Shown here: piece by piece, positions 50,668 through 60,643 of the stretch | Numbering within the stretch: the stretch's first letter is position 1 | How the letters are laid out: each line of letters opens with the position of its first letter | From: Promethearchaeota archaeon | GTDB taxonomy: Archaea > Asgardarchaeota > Lokiarchaeia > Sigyniarchaeales > SOKP01 | DNA: 64,000 nt | Assembly (NCBI GenBank): GCA_016839705.1 | Contig: JAEOTR010000019.1 | Coordinates: 60,285-124,284 of the forward strand | Direction: 5' to 3' | The notes under the pieces: model-generated | Told to the model about the DNA's origin: nothing | Databases searched by the model: none | Seen by the model: only the letters and a program-made list of their open reading frames with translations | Position numbers and translations under genes: made by a program

Positions 50668-51166
50668 GGAGGAACAATAGGTTAGTTTAGCATTGGATTT
50701 TAATACGCAATCACGGTTCGAACACCGATAAAATTGCATCCTTAACATTAACAAATCCCTTTTTTACGGAAAGTTTTTTATTTTTGAATTGAAACGTTTT
50801 GGTATAATAGAGCTTACAAATCTCTCATGTTCCTGGAGTGTTTAATGCACAAATACGGAAAATAAAATATTATTCAAAAATTCTATCATTTATTCCTTTT
50901 GATTAACACTATAGAGCAACACTATAAGTTTTTCAATTACTTCATGACTCTAGTAATAAATACATATTTGGCTAGAACGCATTAAATAACTGAATGCTGT
51001 TGATAGCATGTAGTTTCTGATACTCGAGACCTTTAAGCTTCAAGAACCATGACTAGTTAAAAACTTAAAATAGGAGCTTTGATTACGTATTTACTTCATA
51101 GGTGGTTTTTTTGAGTTTCCTTTGATTTAATATTACACGGAATAATCGGAGCACCTATTGTCCTCT
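50668..51166 (+). ncRNA. Putative ~500-nt structured non-coding RNA, family unassigned
   Basis: ORF-free gap; GGAGGAACAATAGGT (50668-50682) pairs with ACCTATTGTCCTCT (51153-51166); internal hairpins at 50695-50758, 50949-50976 and 51072-51121; TATA box upstream and T-tract downstream. Confidence 0.65.
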
Positions 51167-52009
51167 TTTCTTCTTATTCAAATTTATTAGATCTAATTCA
51201 GTATCTATATCAAAAAAACTATAGTTAGGATTTAAGCGATAGGCATAAAGAATATTCTTCTCTGTTATTAATATATTAACAATCTCTCTAAGAGTTTTCA
51301 CAGAAACTTTTTTTTCAGCATCGATAATGCTTTCAAGAAATTCAGAATCAAAAGCAAAAACAGGGATTAAAGATTTGTAAAATAAATTCTCAATTATGGA
51401 ATCAACTACGGTTTGCTCAATTTTTCTTACTATTTCTATTGAGTTTAGTTGTTTAGTTATAATTGTAGAGATTATTTTAGTCGGATCTTCTGTATTTTTT
51501 AGTCTAGCTCCCTGCAATTCCTGATAAAAAAGAAAAGAATTGTTTTGGAAAAGAGTAGAGTTACTTTTAATTGCAGTAATTAACTCACTAATCAGATTGA
51601 ATTCAAAAAAAGTATCACCAGGAAACACAAGATAGATAAAATCCTTATTAACAATACCTTTTTCATTGGTAATTGATAAAAAAGAATATAATGGTCCTTT
51701 TTTATAGTCGTTTCCAGAATCAATAACTAAAATCTTATCTTTTAAGGAATCGTTTTTTTGATTGATTTCCTTCATGTAATTTTCAATCTGTTCCTTTAAA
51801 TGCCCAGTCACAATGACTATTGATGTGATATGTGATTTTATTAAATTAGAGATCAAATATGATAAAATTGGTTTATGATTTATTTCTATTAATGGCTTTG
51901 GTTTATTAGAAATAAAATTACTAATTCGAGTTCCTTCTCCCGCACATAGGATTATCGACTTTAGTTTAACAGTTGAGTTATTCTTGAGTTGTGACAATTT
52001 TATTCCCAT
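51155..52009 (-). CDS. NTP transferase (nucleotidyltransferase) family protein
   Basis: IILCAGEGTR, KPKPL, VTGHLKEQI, GPLYS, PGD and FDIDT motifs. Confidence 0.85.
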   Translation of the reverse strand: MGIKLSQLKNNSTVKLKSIILCAGEGTRISNFISNKPKPLIEINHKPILSYLISNLIKSHITSIVIVTGHLKEQIENYMKEINQKNDSLKDKILVIDSGNDYKKGPLYSFLSITNEKGIVNKDFIYLVFPGDTFFEFNLISELITAIKSNSTLFQNNSFLFYQELQGARLKNTEDPTKIISTIITKQLNSIEIVRKIEQTVVDSIIENLFYKSLIPVFAFDSEFLESIIDAEKKVSVKTLREIVNILITEKNILYAYRLNPNYSFFDIDTELDLINLNKKKRGQ

Positions 52010-52895
52010 CCAAATCCAATATAATTGTATGTTCTTCTTGAGCTACAGGTTCTTTTGCTCTTTCTATTAAGATAGGATAGTTATCTAATATTTTTCTTCC
52101 AAGAAATGATTCAATTGTTCTTAAGATTTTATCCTTAGGTATAAGGTTATTATTGATTATCCACCGTGGAGAAAATGGGAGGTTCCCAAAATTTTTTTGA
52201 ATTTTATTCATATATCCCTGTTGCTCATAAGACATATTTTTCTTCACTTTTTTGACAAATCGGAATATGTAAGAATAACTTCCATTTTCTACTCTACCTA
52301 CACCAGATGTAGCAAATGGCTCACAGGCATAAGCGTCTCCTGGTTTTAGTACTTGATTATGTAACTTCTCTTTAAAATTTGGAATAAACGGTCCTGCATG
52401 TAAATTGAACTGCTTTAATTCATGACCACCAAGATTAGTAATTGGTCTAAGACCACGATTAATAATTTTTTGAGCGATAACTTCACCTAATTCGTAAAGT
52501 TTTATACCAGGATTATACAATTCAATTGCAGCATCTAGAGCCTCTTTAGCAGCATCTACATAATTTTGAAGTTTTGGATCTTCATCAAGATTAATAGTAA
52601 AAGCGGAGTCCGCAATGAAACCATTAAAATGTGCCCCGACATCAATTTTTAAAAGCCCCTTTTCGGGAATAACCGTAATATCATCAATTGGAGGACTGTA
52701 ATGAGCAGCAATTTCATTTAACGATAAATTAATAGGGAATGATAATTCACACCCATTTTTAATTATTTCTGCTTCACATTTATTTGCAACGTCTAAAAAT
52801 AAGGTTCCTGGTTTAATAATACGCTTCGCTAATTTTTTTGCAGCAATTACTCCCTTTCCGGCTTTAATATAATCTTGAATATAACTTTCGCTCAT
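51978..52895 (-). CDS. map: Type II methionine aminopeptidase
   Basis: FPINLS..IAAHY, KIDVGAH.GFIADSA, NLGGH, EPFAT and QEEHT. Confidence 0.96.
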   Translation of the reverse strand: MSESYIQDYIKAGKGVIAAKKLAKRIIKPGTLFLDVANKCEAEIIKNGCELSFPINLSLNEIAAHYSPPIDDITVIPEKGLLKIDVGAHFNGFIADSAFTINLDEDPKLQNYVDAAKEALDAAIELYNPGIKLYELGEVIAQKIINRGLRPITNLGGHELKQFNLHAGPFIPNFKEKLHNQVLKPGDAYACEPFATSGVGRVENGSYSYIFRFVKKVKKNMSYEQQGYMNKIQKNFGNLPFSPRWIINNNLIPKDKILRTIESFLGRKILDNYPILIERAKEPVAQEEHTIILDLDGNKIVTTQE

Positions 52896-52928
52896 TTTTT
52901 TCGAATCTTTAATTTTCTTAAAATCAGA

Positions 52929-54251
52929 TTAAGGTGTTAGTCGATCTGGAGTTCTTGGATACATAACGGCTTCTCGAATATCATCCAACCCACATAATAT
53001 AGTTAACCATCTATCAATTCCTAATCCAAATCCTGCGTGAGGTGGCATTCCATAATCAAATGAACCAAGGTGAGATTTAAAGGATATTGAGTTTAATCCT
53101 TTCGATTCTATTGCATTCGTCAATTGTTCTTTATTATGTACTCTAGTTCCTCCTGAAGTAAGTTCTAACATCCCTTTTTGTAAATCAAATGATTCACTAT
53201 ATTTTGGATCTTCTGTGGGCATGATATAAAATGGTTTAATAACCATTGGGTAGTGAGTAATATAATAATAACCTTGTATCTCTTCTCCTAACTTTCGCAA
53301 TGCTTCAGTAGAAGGTTCCTCCCCGAATTCAATATCAAATCCAAATTTAGAGCTAAGTATCTCACGGATTTCTTCATATTTATATCTTGGAAAAGGTATT
53401 TCAGGTACCACAGTTTTGTCTTCCATATGTAGATATTTTAGTGCATCCATTTTGTTTTCCCTAATATCTTTAATTACTGAATTGACTAATTCTTCTAAAA
53501 GCTTAAGTACATCTTCCATTGTAACAAAGGACATCTCCACATCCAACATAAATATTTCACATATATGTCTTTTCGTACGACTTTTTTCAGCTCTAAAACA
53601 ATCACTTAGCTCAAAAACTCTTTCATATACTCCGCTCAATTGTTCTTTATATAATTGAGCAGACTGGGTAAGAAAGGCTTCTCTTTCAAAATACATGATA
53701 GGAAATAATTCAGTACCACCTTCAGTCGCAGACCCAATAATTTTAGGTGTAGATATCTCAGTGAAATCTCGGTTAAATAAGAATTTCCTAATTGATCTAA
53801 GCACCTCTCCTCTAATCTCAAATACCGCTTGATTTCTCAGAGATCTTAAATCCAATGCTCGATGATTCAACCTAAGATCTAATTCTGAAATTGTTTCTCC
53901 TGTCATATCTATTGGTAATTTTTCGGGTGTTTTGTTCAATATTTTTATTTCAGAAGGAATTATCTCAATTCCGCCTGGAGCGGCATTAAATGCCTTAATT
54001 TTTCCCTTAACCATTAAACAATATTGATAGCCAACCCTAATATTCTCAAACAACTCATCAGAGACAACTCCCTTTTTGAGAGTTATTTGTCGTTCACCAT
54101 ATTTATCTTGAATTGAAATGAATTTTAATCCTCCAAGATCTCTGAAATTTCTAACCCATCCACCCAATATCACTTCTTTATCAACAATTTTAGTGGTAAT
54201 ATCTTTCGTATAATGAGTTTTTCTCCAATCACCTAACTTATCAAGCGACAC
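52929..54251 (-). CDS. aspS: Aspartyl-tRNA synthetase, archaeal type
   Basis: GWV..RDLGG, ATEGG, QSAQLYK, FRAEKS, GMPPHAG and YPRTPDRLTP. Confidence 0.96.
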   Translation of the reverse strand: MSLDKLGDWRKTHYTKDITTKIVDKEVILGGWVRNFRDLGGLKFISIQDKYGERQITLKKGVVSDELFENIRVGYQYCLMVKGKIKAFNAAPGGIEIIPSEIKILNKTPEKLPIDMTGETISELDLRLNHRALDLRSLRNQAVFEIRGEVLRSIRKFLFNRDFTEISTPKIIGSATEGGTELFPIMYFEREAFLTQSAQLYKEQLSGVYERVFELSDCFRAEKSRTKRHICEIFMLDVEMSFVTMEDVLKLLEELVNSVIKDIRENKMDALKYLHMEDKTVVPEIPFPRYKYEEIREILSSKFGFDIEFGEEPSTEALRKLGEEIQGYYYITHYPMVIKPFYIMPTEDPKYSESFDLQKGMLELTSGGTRVHNKEQLTNAIESKGLNSISFKSHLGSFDYGMPPHAGFGLGIDRWLTILCGLDDIREAVMYPRTPDRLTP

Positions 54252-54335
54252 TTTAATTACATCTCGTAAAATTCCTCAGATATATTTCTTAAAATTAAAG
54301 TAAAAATATAATTTTTGCCTTCTTAACTATTATTT

Positions 54336-55763
54336 ATGGTTAATTTGAAATGGAATGGTAAACTAAAAAAAGAAGAAATTTGCGAGAAAAGGCATAATAT
54401 AGCACCATTCCATGTTCTTGATCTTTACCCTACCAATAGTTCTGACCTAAAAATAACAGAAGGATGGCAGAATTTATTGATATGGGGAGAAAACAGAGCA
54501 ATAATGAATTCTCTATTGAAGAAATACAAAAATAAAATTTCTTTGATATATATAGATCCTCCGTTTAGAACAGGAGGAGATTTCAACTTAAAAATTCAAA
54601 TAGGGGAAGATGGTAAATTTGTTGATGAAATTGCCTATGAAGATAAGTGGGATAAGGGAGTAGACTCCTACTTGAGTTTTATACAAGAAAGATTAATTTT
54701 AATGAGAGAATTTCTATCTAACACTGGATCTATTTATGTTCATTTAGACTGGCATACTTCACACTATGTAAAATTAATCATGGATGAAATTTTTGGTATA
54801 GATAATTTCAGAAATGAAATAGTATGGGCATATCCAGCTGCTTCAGCAAAGACAAGAAAATTTTTTATTAGAGCCTATGATACAATCCTTTTTTACACTA
54901 AAACAGATGATTACATTTTTAATGATGATCCAAACATATATATGGAGTATTCAGATCGAGTAAAAAACGCTTTAAAGAGAGATGAACACGGAGTATTCTA
55001 TTATCGAGGAGGGAGCCACGATGGGAAAAAATTATCCAGAAAAGTCTATGTGGAACAAGAAGGGACGTTTCCAAGGGATGTTTGGAATGACATTCCTTAT
55101 ATTAGAGCGAATGCCAATGAGTATCAAGGTTTTTCAACGCAGAAACCAGAAAGACTTCTAAAAAGAATTATTTTAGCATCAACCAATAAAAAAGATCTTA
55201 TCGCCGACTTCTTTTGTGGCTCTGGTACAACTTTATCAGTTGCAGAGAAACTTGGAAGACGCTGGATTGGATGCGATACAAATTACACTGCAATCCATAT
55301 TTCCAAAAAGCGTATTCTTAGTATAAGCAATAGTAATGATATAATGAAATGGAAACTAAAATATGATAAAAATCCTAATTCTTTTAAAATTTATGGATTA
55401 AACAAACAGGAAAACCTTAATCTAAAATCTTCAAACCTAGATTTAGACATTCAACAAGATCACAATATTGTTAGCATAAAGTTAACAAACTTTTCATATT
55501 CTAAAGATAAAGATCTCCCGGCTAAAATTAAAAAGAAAATTAAAGTTTTTTCAGATTTCATTGATTATTGGGCTATAGATTACGATTATAAAGATGATAC
55601 ATTTAATAATATGTGGATTTCTTTTAGGACTCCAAAAAAAAGAAAATTAAAACTGAAATCTGACCCATTTCTTTATGAAAAGTCAGGAGAATATAATCTT
55701 TCAGTTAAAATTATCGATATTTTTGGAACAGAGTTAATATATTCATTCAGAATTAGAATCTGA
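54336..55763 (+). CDS. Beta-class amino (N6-adenine/N4-cytosine) DNA methyltransferase, Type III Mod-like, no adjacent restriction gene
   Basis: IYIDPPF (motif IV) precedes DFFCGSGTT (motif I); TQKPERLL; C-terminal VKIIDIFG. Confidence 0.9.
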   Translation: MVNLKWNGKLKKEEICEKRHNIAPFHVLDLYPTNSSDLKITEGWQNLLIWGENRAIMNSLLKKYKNKISLIYIDPPFRTGGDFNLKIQIGEDGKFVDEIAYEDKWDKGVDSYLSFIQERLILMREFLSNTGSIYVHLDWHTSHYVKLIMDEIFGIDNFRNEIVWAYPAASAKTRKFFIRAYDTILFYTKTDDYIFNDDPNIYMEYSDRVKNALKRDEHGVFYYRGGSHDGKKLSRKVYVEQEGTFPRDVWNDIPYIRANANEYQGFSTQKPERLLKRIILASTNKKDLIADFFCGSGTTLSVAEKLGRRWIGCDTNYTAIHISKKRILSISNSNDIMKWKLKYDKNPNSFKIYGLNKQENLNLKSSNLDLDIQQDHNIVSIKLTNFSYSKDKDLPAKIKKKIKVFSDFIDYWAIDYDYKDDTFNNMWISFRTPKKRKLKLKSDPFLYEKSGEYNLSVKIIDIFGTELIYSFRIRI

Positions 55764-55765
55764 TA

Positions 55766-57151
55766 TCATTTGATAAGCTCTCTAATCAACATCGTAGCAT
55801 AGCTTCCTTTTTGAAGCGAAAATTCAATTTTCATCTTCTTTCTATCCTTAAATACATCATCTTCACTCAACTCTATCATCTTCAAATCCCATGGTTTAAC
55901 AGACAGTGCTCTAATCGAACCTTTAAACTCATTTTCATCTACAAACTCAGATTGAAAAATAGCATCACTTATCTTTTCTTCCTTGGTTATTTCTGTAAAA
56001 AATGAATTCATCAAGGGGAAATCATCTAAATTTGTGAGTTTACCAACAATCGGTATAACAATAGAAGCTCGATCCAATTCAAATGCTTTTTCTAAGTACC
56101 TATCATATTTGTCACCATAAACATATTTCACCGATGTAATATTACCGTTAAAATCATCTAAAATGCTTATCACATCCCCCGTAATAGGTTTAAATAAAGG
56201 TAAGCCTTTTTTTATGCGTAATGAAACCATTTTATTAAAAATAAAGGATTGGAAGGAACTAATTAATAATCTCCTTAAATCAGCGGAAAGTGTATATATA
56301 GCACCACGATAATCCCCAGGATTGTCTATTAAAAATTCAATCATCTTCCTTTCATAATTCAACCCTAATGGAAAGTTTTTCAACGCTTCCTTGAAATCTC
56401 TCGTTTTTTTCAGATTATTTCGAACTTTTTTTGATTCTTCAGGTTCAGTAGAATAAGTTCTTAATACGTACTCATTAAATGCATTTTCATAATCATCATT
56501 TAAGAGAAAATAGCCCACTATATGTGAATTAGGTCTAATATTGCCAAAACGTTGTAGTCCGAAATAGTTAGGAAAACCAAAATTCTTCAAAAAATTAATA
56601 TTTTTTTGAGAATCTGTTCTCAAGGTATTACTTGTTTTGATATTTCTTATAATTATTGTGAAATTATTTCCCAAATGGCTCCCCAATTTAATCGGTTTCC
56701 TTGAGGGATTGACATTTCTAATAAAAATATCATGTAATTTTAGTGCCTTTAATTTTTTAATATAATTTCCTTTAATTGAAATTTTCTGAACAGAAATTGA
56801 GTGCTTATCTTTTAACCCAGAATAAGTAATTAACTTCTTTGGGATTTTAAGAGCCTTACTAATTTTATTTACTGCTTCAAATGTATCCATATTGACTTTT
56901 GTTAAATTAAATGTAGTAAATCTATCATTTAGTTCTTCTGAAAATGTGGGGCTGGTGAAATCTTCATTTATATTTAGAATTCTTCTATTTTCAACAATTT
57001 CTTTTACAATAAAATCTTTATATTGAGTTTTGAATACTCCCCCAATCCCTTTAATTTTACTTGTTGCATAACTCTCAATCCCTACAAACGTCTCTAATTC
57101 TTTTTCACGATTTTCTTTAAAAATATAGGGATCTGTTTCTTGATCAAGCAA
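55766..57151 (-). CDS. truD: tRNA pseudouridine(13) synthase
   Basis: DFIVKEI, GLKDK, GNNFTI, PNYFGLQRFG and GSYAT.LIRE. Confidence 0.95.
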   Translation of the reverse strand: MLDQETDPYIFKENREKELETFVGIESYATSKIKGIGGVFKTQYKDFIVKEIVENRRILNINEDFTSPTFSEELNDRFTTFNLTKVNMDTFEAVNKISKALKIPKKLITYSGLKDKHSISVQKISIKGNYIKKLKALKLHDIFIRNVNPSRKPIKLGSHLGNNFTIIIRNIKTSNTLRTDSQKNINFLKNFGFPNYFGLQRFGNIRPNSHIVGYFLLNDDYENAFNEYVLRTYSTEPEESKKVRNNLKKTRDFKEALKNFPLGLNYERKMIEFLIDNPGDYRGAIYTLSADLRRLLISSFQSFIFNKMVSLRIKKGLPLFKPITGDVISILDDFNGNITSVKYVYGDKYDRYLEKAFELDRASIVIPIVGKLTNLDDFPLMNSFFTEITKEEKISDAIFQSEFVDENEFKGSIRALSVKPWDLKMIELSEDDVFKDRKKMKIEFSLQKGSYATMLIRELIK

Positions 57152-57175
57152 CTTTTTTAGCCAATAGTTTTAGTA

Positions 57176-57532
57176 TTATAATAACTTAAGATCTCCCGTA
57201 ATTTTATCTATTTTAGTGGATTCTATTGGTCCAATACCAATAGCCGTTGTTGTACCAGGTGTCAGCTGAGTAAGTCCTGCATCTTTTACAATAAAATATA
57301 GAATCTTATTTAATTCTAATTTCTTTATAATTTCTTTCATTTCTTCTAAATCTTTTAGTTTTATAACAACTTTTTTCTGCCCAGTATTCTTCCACATTTT
57401 CCAAGCATTTTTATTTTGTACTCTAACTAAATCTGATGCGGAAAGACTTGCATGACACGATTGAACACACTTCTTCCCAGTGCCCATCTTTAAATCCGTT
57501 CTAATTAAAATAACTTGTTTGAATTCTTCCAC
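57176..57532 (-). CDS. pth2: Peptidyl-tRNA hydrolase Pth2
   Basis: [27 protein letters not shown] and [11 protein letters not shown]. Confidence 0.95.
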   Translation of the reverse strand: MEEFKQVILIRTDLKMGTGKKCVQSCHASLSASDLVRVQNKNAWKMWKNTGQKKVVIKLKDLEEMKEIIKKLELNKILYFIVKDAGLTQLTPGTTTAIGIGPIESTKIDKITGDLKLL

Positions 57533-57579
57533 GGTAAATCTATTTAATATTAAGAAAGAGATAAATTAAACCTTATTGA

Positions 57580-58092
57580 TTATTGGAATTCAACTCTAGT
57601 TATGTTTCCTGTTAGCTCGAAAATCAATTCTTCAAGTTCTTCTTTAGTAAATAATAACTTGTCTTTATCTTCTTCCCAAAGAACAGCTCTAAACTGAACA
57701 TCTCCAGTAGCTAAAAATATTTCGTTAAGAGATTTTATCTTATATGGATTGATTAATGCTTCAACAACCGGACGTGGCTTCTTGGTGTTTTGAACCAAGA
57801 GTATTTCGTCAATTTCATATGTTTCTTTTATCAAATCCATTAATTTTGGAGTTATTCTTAATTTGTCTCTCTTCCCTACAACGATGATTACAACATCTTC
57901 AAAATCAATTGCTTTATGAAAAGATATATCTTTTAAAAAAGCAAATTCTTCATTTTCTTCCTCTAACTTAATAAGATCTTTTGCTAAGTCAATCTCGAAT
58001 TCAGATATTTCTCCCGCATCAAGTCTAGCCTGACAATTATTACATAAGAACCCAGAATTTATACATGTTTTATCCGCAGGGAGAACCTTCAT
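57580..58092 (-). CDS. Archaeal NusA-like protein with N-terminal Cys cluster
   Basis: CINSGFLCNNC...GEISEFEID followed by a KH-like region ending ELTG...RVEF. Confidence 0.65.
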   Translation of the reverse strand: MKVLPADKTCINSGFLCNNCQARLDAGEISEFEIDLAKDLIKLEEENEEFAFLKDISFHKAIDFEDVVIIVVGKRDKLRITPKLMDLIKETYEIDEILLVQNTKKPRPVVEALINPYKIKSLNEIFLATGDVQFRAVLWEEDKDKLLFTKEELEELIFELTGNITRVEFQ

Positions 58093-58286
58093 AATATTTT
58101 AACTAACTTGAATGATTCAATTTTAAAATTGTTCCATCAAATCGTTTTAGCAAAGCCTAATGTAATTATAATCTATTAAATATATTTAATTAATTTTATG
58201 ATGAAGATTCTTAATTTGATATTTTATAAAAGATGTTTTTATAATGATAGTGCTAAAATATTTACAACGAGAAAGAATTAAATGTG

Positions 58287-59207
58287 TTATATTTCTAAAG
58301 TTAGATATCTGTTAATTTCGTCTTCAATTATAGAAACTTCTCTTATTACTTCTCTAAATTCTTGTTTAGATACTTTATTTCTATTCAAAATTGTTTTAGC
58401 AAACGATTGATATTTTTCAATTATCTTAGGCTCAACAAAATTTTTAAGTTTTAAGCAAAATGAATAAAGGTAAGAATAGGTTTCTGCAAATTTCGAATAT
58501 GAAATAGACTCTATAACTCGATCTAAATAGTATTGTAACCTAAGTTTTCGATCCTTTATTTCATCTCTTAGAGATTTTGATTCAGTCTGATACTCAATAA
58601 ATTTTTCATCGTCATGAAGTTTTTCTGAAATTTCAATTAATTTCTTAGAAATCTCATATTTTTTAAGATAATTTTCTTCTTCTAAATACTCCTTAGTTAA
58701 ATTTTCTCTTTCTGTTAATAGATTCTCTCTTAACTGCTCAGACAAAGCACCTTTTTGATCCCATATTGATTTTAGAATAGAACTCTGATTTGCAGTTAAT
58801 GATGATTCAGAAATTAGTCTTTTATTCGATAAAATTAATTGTATGATTTTAAGATCAAACATCTCAAGCATTTCTGGTTTCTGATCCCAGTTTACAAATA
58901 AATCTAAATGATCCATTATAATCTTGACTATCTTTGGGATCATTTTTTCAGTTTCTCTTATATCATCCCTGTCAATGATTATCACAAGATCAGAAGTCAC
59001 CTCTGGAATTCTTGAAATGAGAACAAAATATTCCCCTAACTCAATTGTACTTAACGATTCTGTACTACTTGCAGTTAATTCTGAGACAAAAGTTTGAAGA
59101 GCAGAGAAAAAAGAGCTGAACATCTCCAATTTTTCATCGCTCTGAAATTTTTTATTATAGAGCAAATTCTTTGAATTACTCTGAAAAATGTATAAAGATT
59201 GGATCAT
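58287..59207 (-). CDS. Longin-like domain protein with helical C-terminus
   Basis: MIQSLYIF...LLY...FSSFFSALQTFVSE...LSTIELG pattern. Confidence 0.62.
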   Translation of the reverse strand: MIQSLYIFQSNSKNLLYNKKFQSDEKLEMFSSFFSALQTFVSELTASSTESLSTIELGEYFVLISRIPEVTSDLVIIIDRDDIRETEKMIPKIVKIIMDHLDLFVNWDQKPEMLEMFDLKIIQLILSNKRLISESSLTANQSSILKSIWDQKGALSEQLRENLLTERENLTKEYLEEENYLKKYEISKKLIEISEKLHDDEKFIEYQTESKSLRDEIKDRKLRLQYYLDRVIESISYSKFAETYSYLYSFCLKLKNFVEPKIIEKYQSFAKTILNRNKVSKQEFREVIREVSIIEDEINRYLTLEI

Positions 59208-59399
59208 TTTTTTTAGCTAATATCCCGAATTCAGTTTAACGTATTCTATTTAATTACAATTATATTAAAATTATTGTGTTATCCAAATTTATAATTATAC
59301 TATTCAAAACTAATACAAAAATTAGATAAGTTCATTTATTTTTATCAAATTAATAATTATAATTTGTTATAATTAGTTGATGTTGTTAGAGTATTCTTC

Positions 59400-59594
59400 C
59401 TATAATTCTATAACATCACAAGTAATGTTTCTCAAAATTCTCTCTGCAGTAACAGGATCAGTTTTATATGTATAAAGTATTTTCTGTGTTCTTAATTTTA
59501 GCTTGACTACATCTTTCAAGCGCTTAACACGACAATGAACAGCAAACTCTGCTAATTCGATAAACTTCTCTTCATCAAATATTTCTCTGGGCAT
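59400..59594 (-). CDS. rpl38e: Ribosomal protein eL38
   Basis: MPREI, CRVKR and KLKLRT..LYT match eL38. Confidence 0.9.
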   Translation of the reverse strand: MPREIFDEEKFIELAEFAVHCRVKRLKDVVKLKLRTQKILYTYKTDPVTAERILRNITCDVIEL

Positions 59595-59785
59595 TTTTAC
59601 TCAACTAAGCATTCATAATGTAATTGTTGAATAGATTTATTCATCATAAAATTTTAATTTTATTATATTTCACATTATTTCAATCCAAAATTTTATTTTG
59701 AATCGCATGTTTTTGAAATTATTCTTATATTGATTATTTCTAAGTTAGATCTGAAGAAACAAAAAGAAATAAAAAACTGAAAATA

Positions 59786-59947
59786 ATGCCGATTGATGAT
59801 CCAGCGAAACGAAGAATTGCCCGATACCATTTATTGGAGAAAAGTGTTTGCCGTAAATGTGGATCTTTAAATCCCGTTAAAGCAAAAAAATGTAGACGGT
59901 GTCATAGCAAGGATTTGCGACCAAAAAGAAGAGAACTTACTAAATAA
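59786..59947 (+). CDS. rpl40e: Ribosomal protein eL40 (53 aa, absent from ORF track)
   Basis: MPIDDPAKRRIARYHLLEKSVCRKCGSLNPVKAKKCRRCHSKDLRPKRRELTK. Confidence 0.95.
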   Translation: MPIDDPAKRRIARYHLLEKSVCRKCGSLNPVKAKKCRRCHSKDLRPKRRELTK

Positions 59948-60131
59948 ATTAATAATTTTAATACTACTGATTTTTGAATATCAATCCTAATCCTATATTA
60001 TTCAAATTCACAATTTTGTAAATTTTTCCCATAAAAATTTTTATAGAATGAAAGAAATAGTACCTTACTTGAAAATCTATTTACAAATTTGTTAAGCATT
60101 ATATTAATTTAATATTAAAGGAGAAAATAAT

Positions 60132-60434
60132 ATGACATTTGTAATGGTAACCGCTAAATATCCACCTCATCAAGCAGATAAAGTGGGAAAAGCTTTCACC
60201 GGAACAAAAATTCCAGAAACAGCAGATTTCGTGAAAAGAATAAACATATTCGTTGTTGCGGATTTTGATGTTAAAATATATACTCTATATGAGATGCCTG
60301 ATGATAAGCTCCATGAAGGCATAAAATCAATAGCTACGCGATATATGGGATATAGAGACATTGTAGGCTTTGATTATAAAATCGAACCACTCCTGACCGC
60401 GCAAGAAGCGCTACCAATGATAGGACTCGGTTAA
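60132..60434 (+). CDS. Hypothetical protein
   Basis: 100-aa ORF with an AGGAG ribosome-binding site upstream. Confidence 0.7.
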   Translation: MTFVMVTAKYPPHQADKVGKAFTGTKIPETADFVKRINIFVVADFDVKIYTLYEMPDDKLHEGIKSIATRYMGYRDIVGFDYKIEPLLTAQEALPMIGLG

Positions 60435-60643
60435 AAACAAAATAAATAAAAAAAAATAAAAAATTCTAAATTCCATTTTTTTCAATTATTTAAATTTAAA
60501 TCCTCGTTAGCTCTAATATTAAATTATTTCTGCTCTTACCACAATTCGTAAACTTTTTTAATTTTATGACTTAGAGATCTATATATATAAAATATTATAT
60601 CGAAAAAATTATTCAATATAAAATAAACAAAAAGTGAAAAAAA

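Noticed and set aside
50712-50728. GGTTCGAA as a tRNA T arm
   Set aside because: No acceptor, D or anticodon arms around it; treated as part of the larger candidate RNA
59786-59947. eL40 as a ubiquitin fusion
   Set aside because: The ORF begins directly with the archaeal-type eL40 sequence and no ubiquitin domain precedes it
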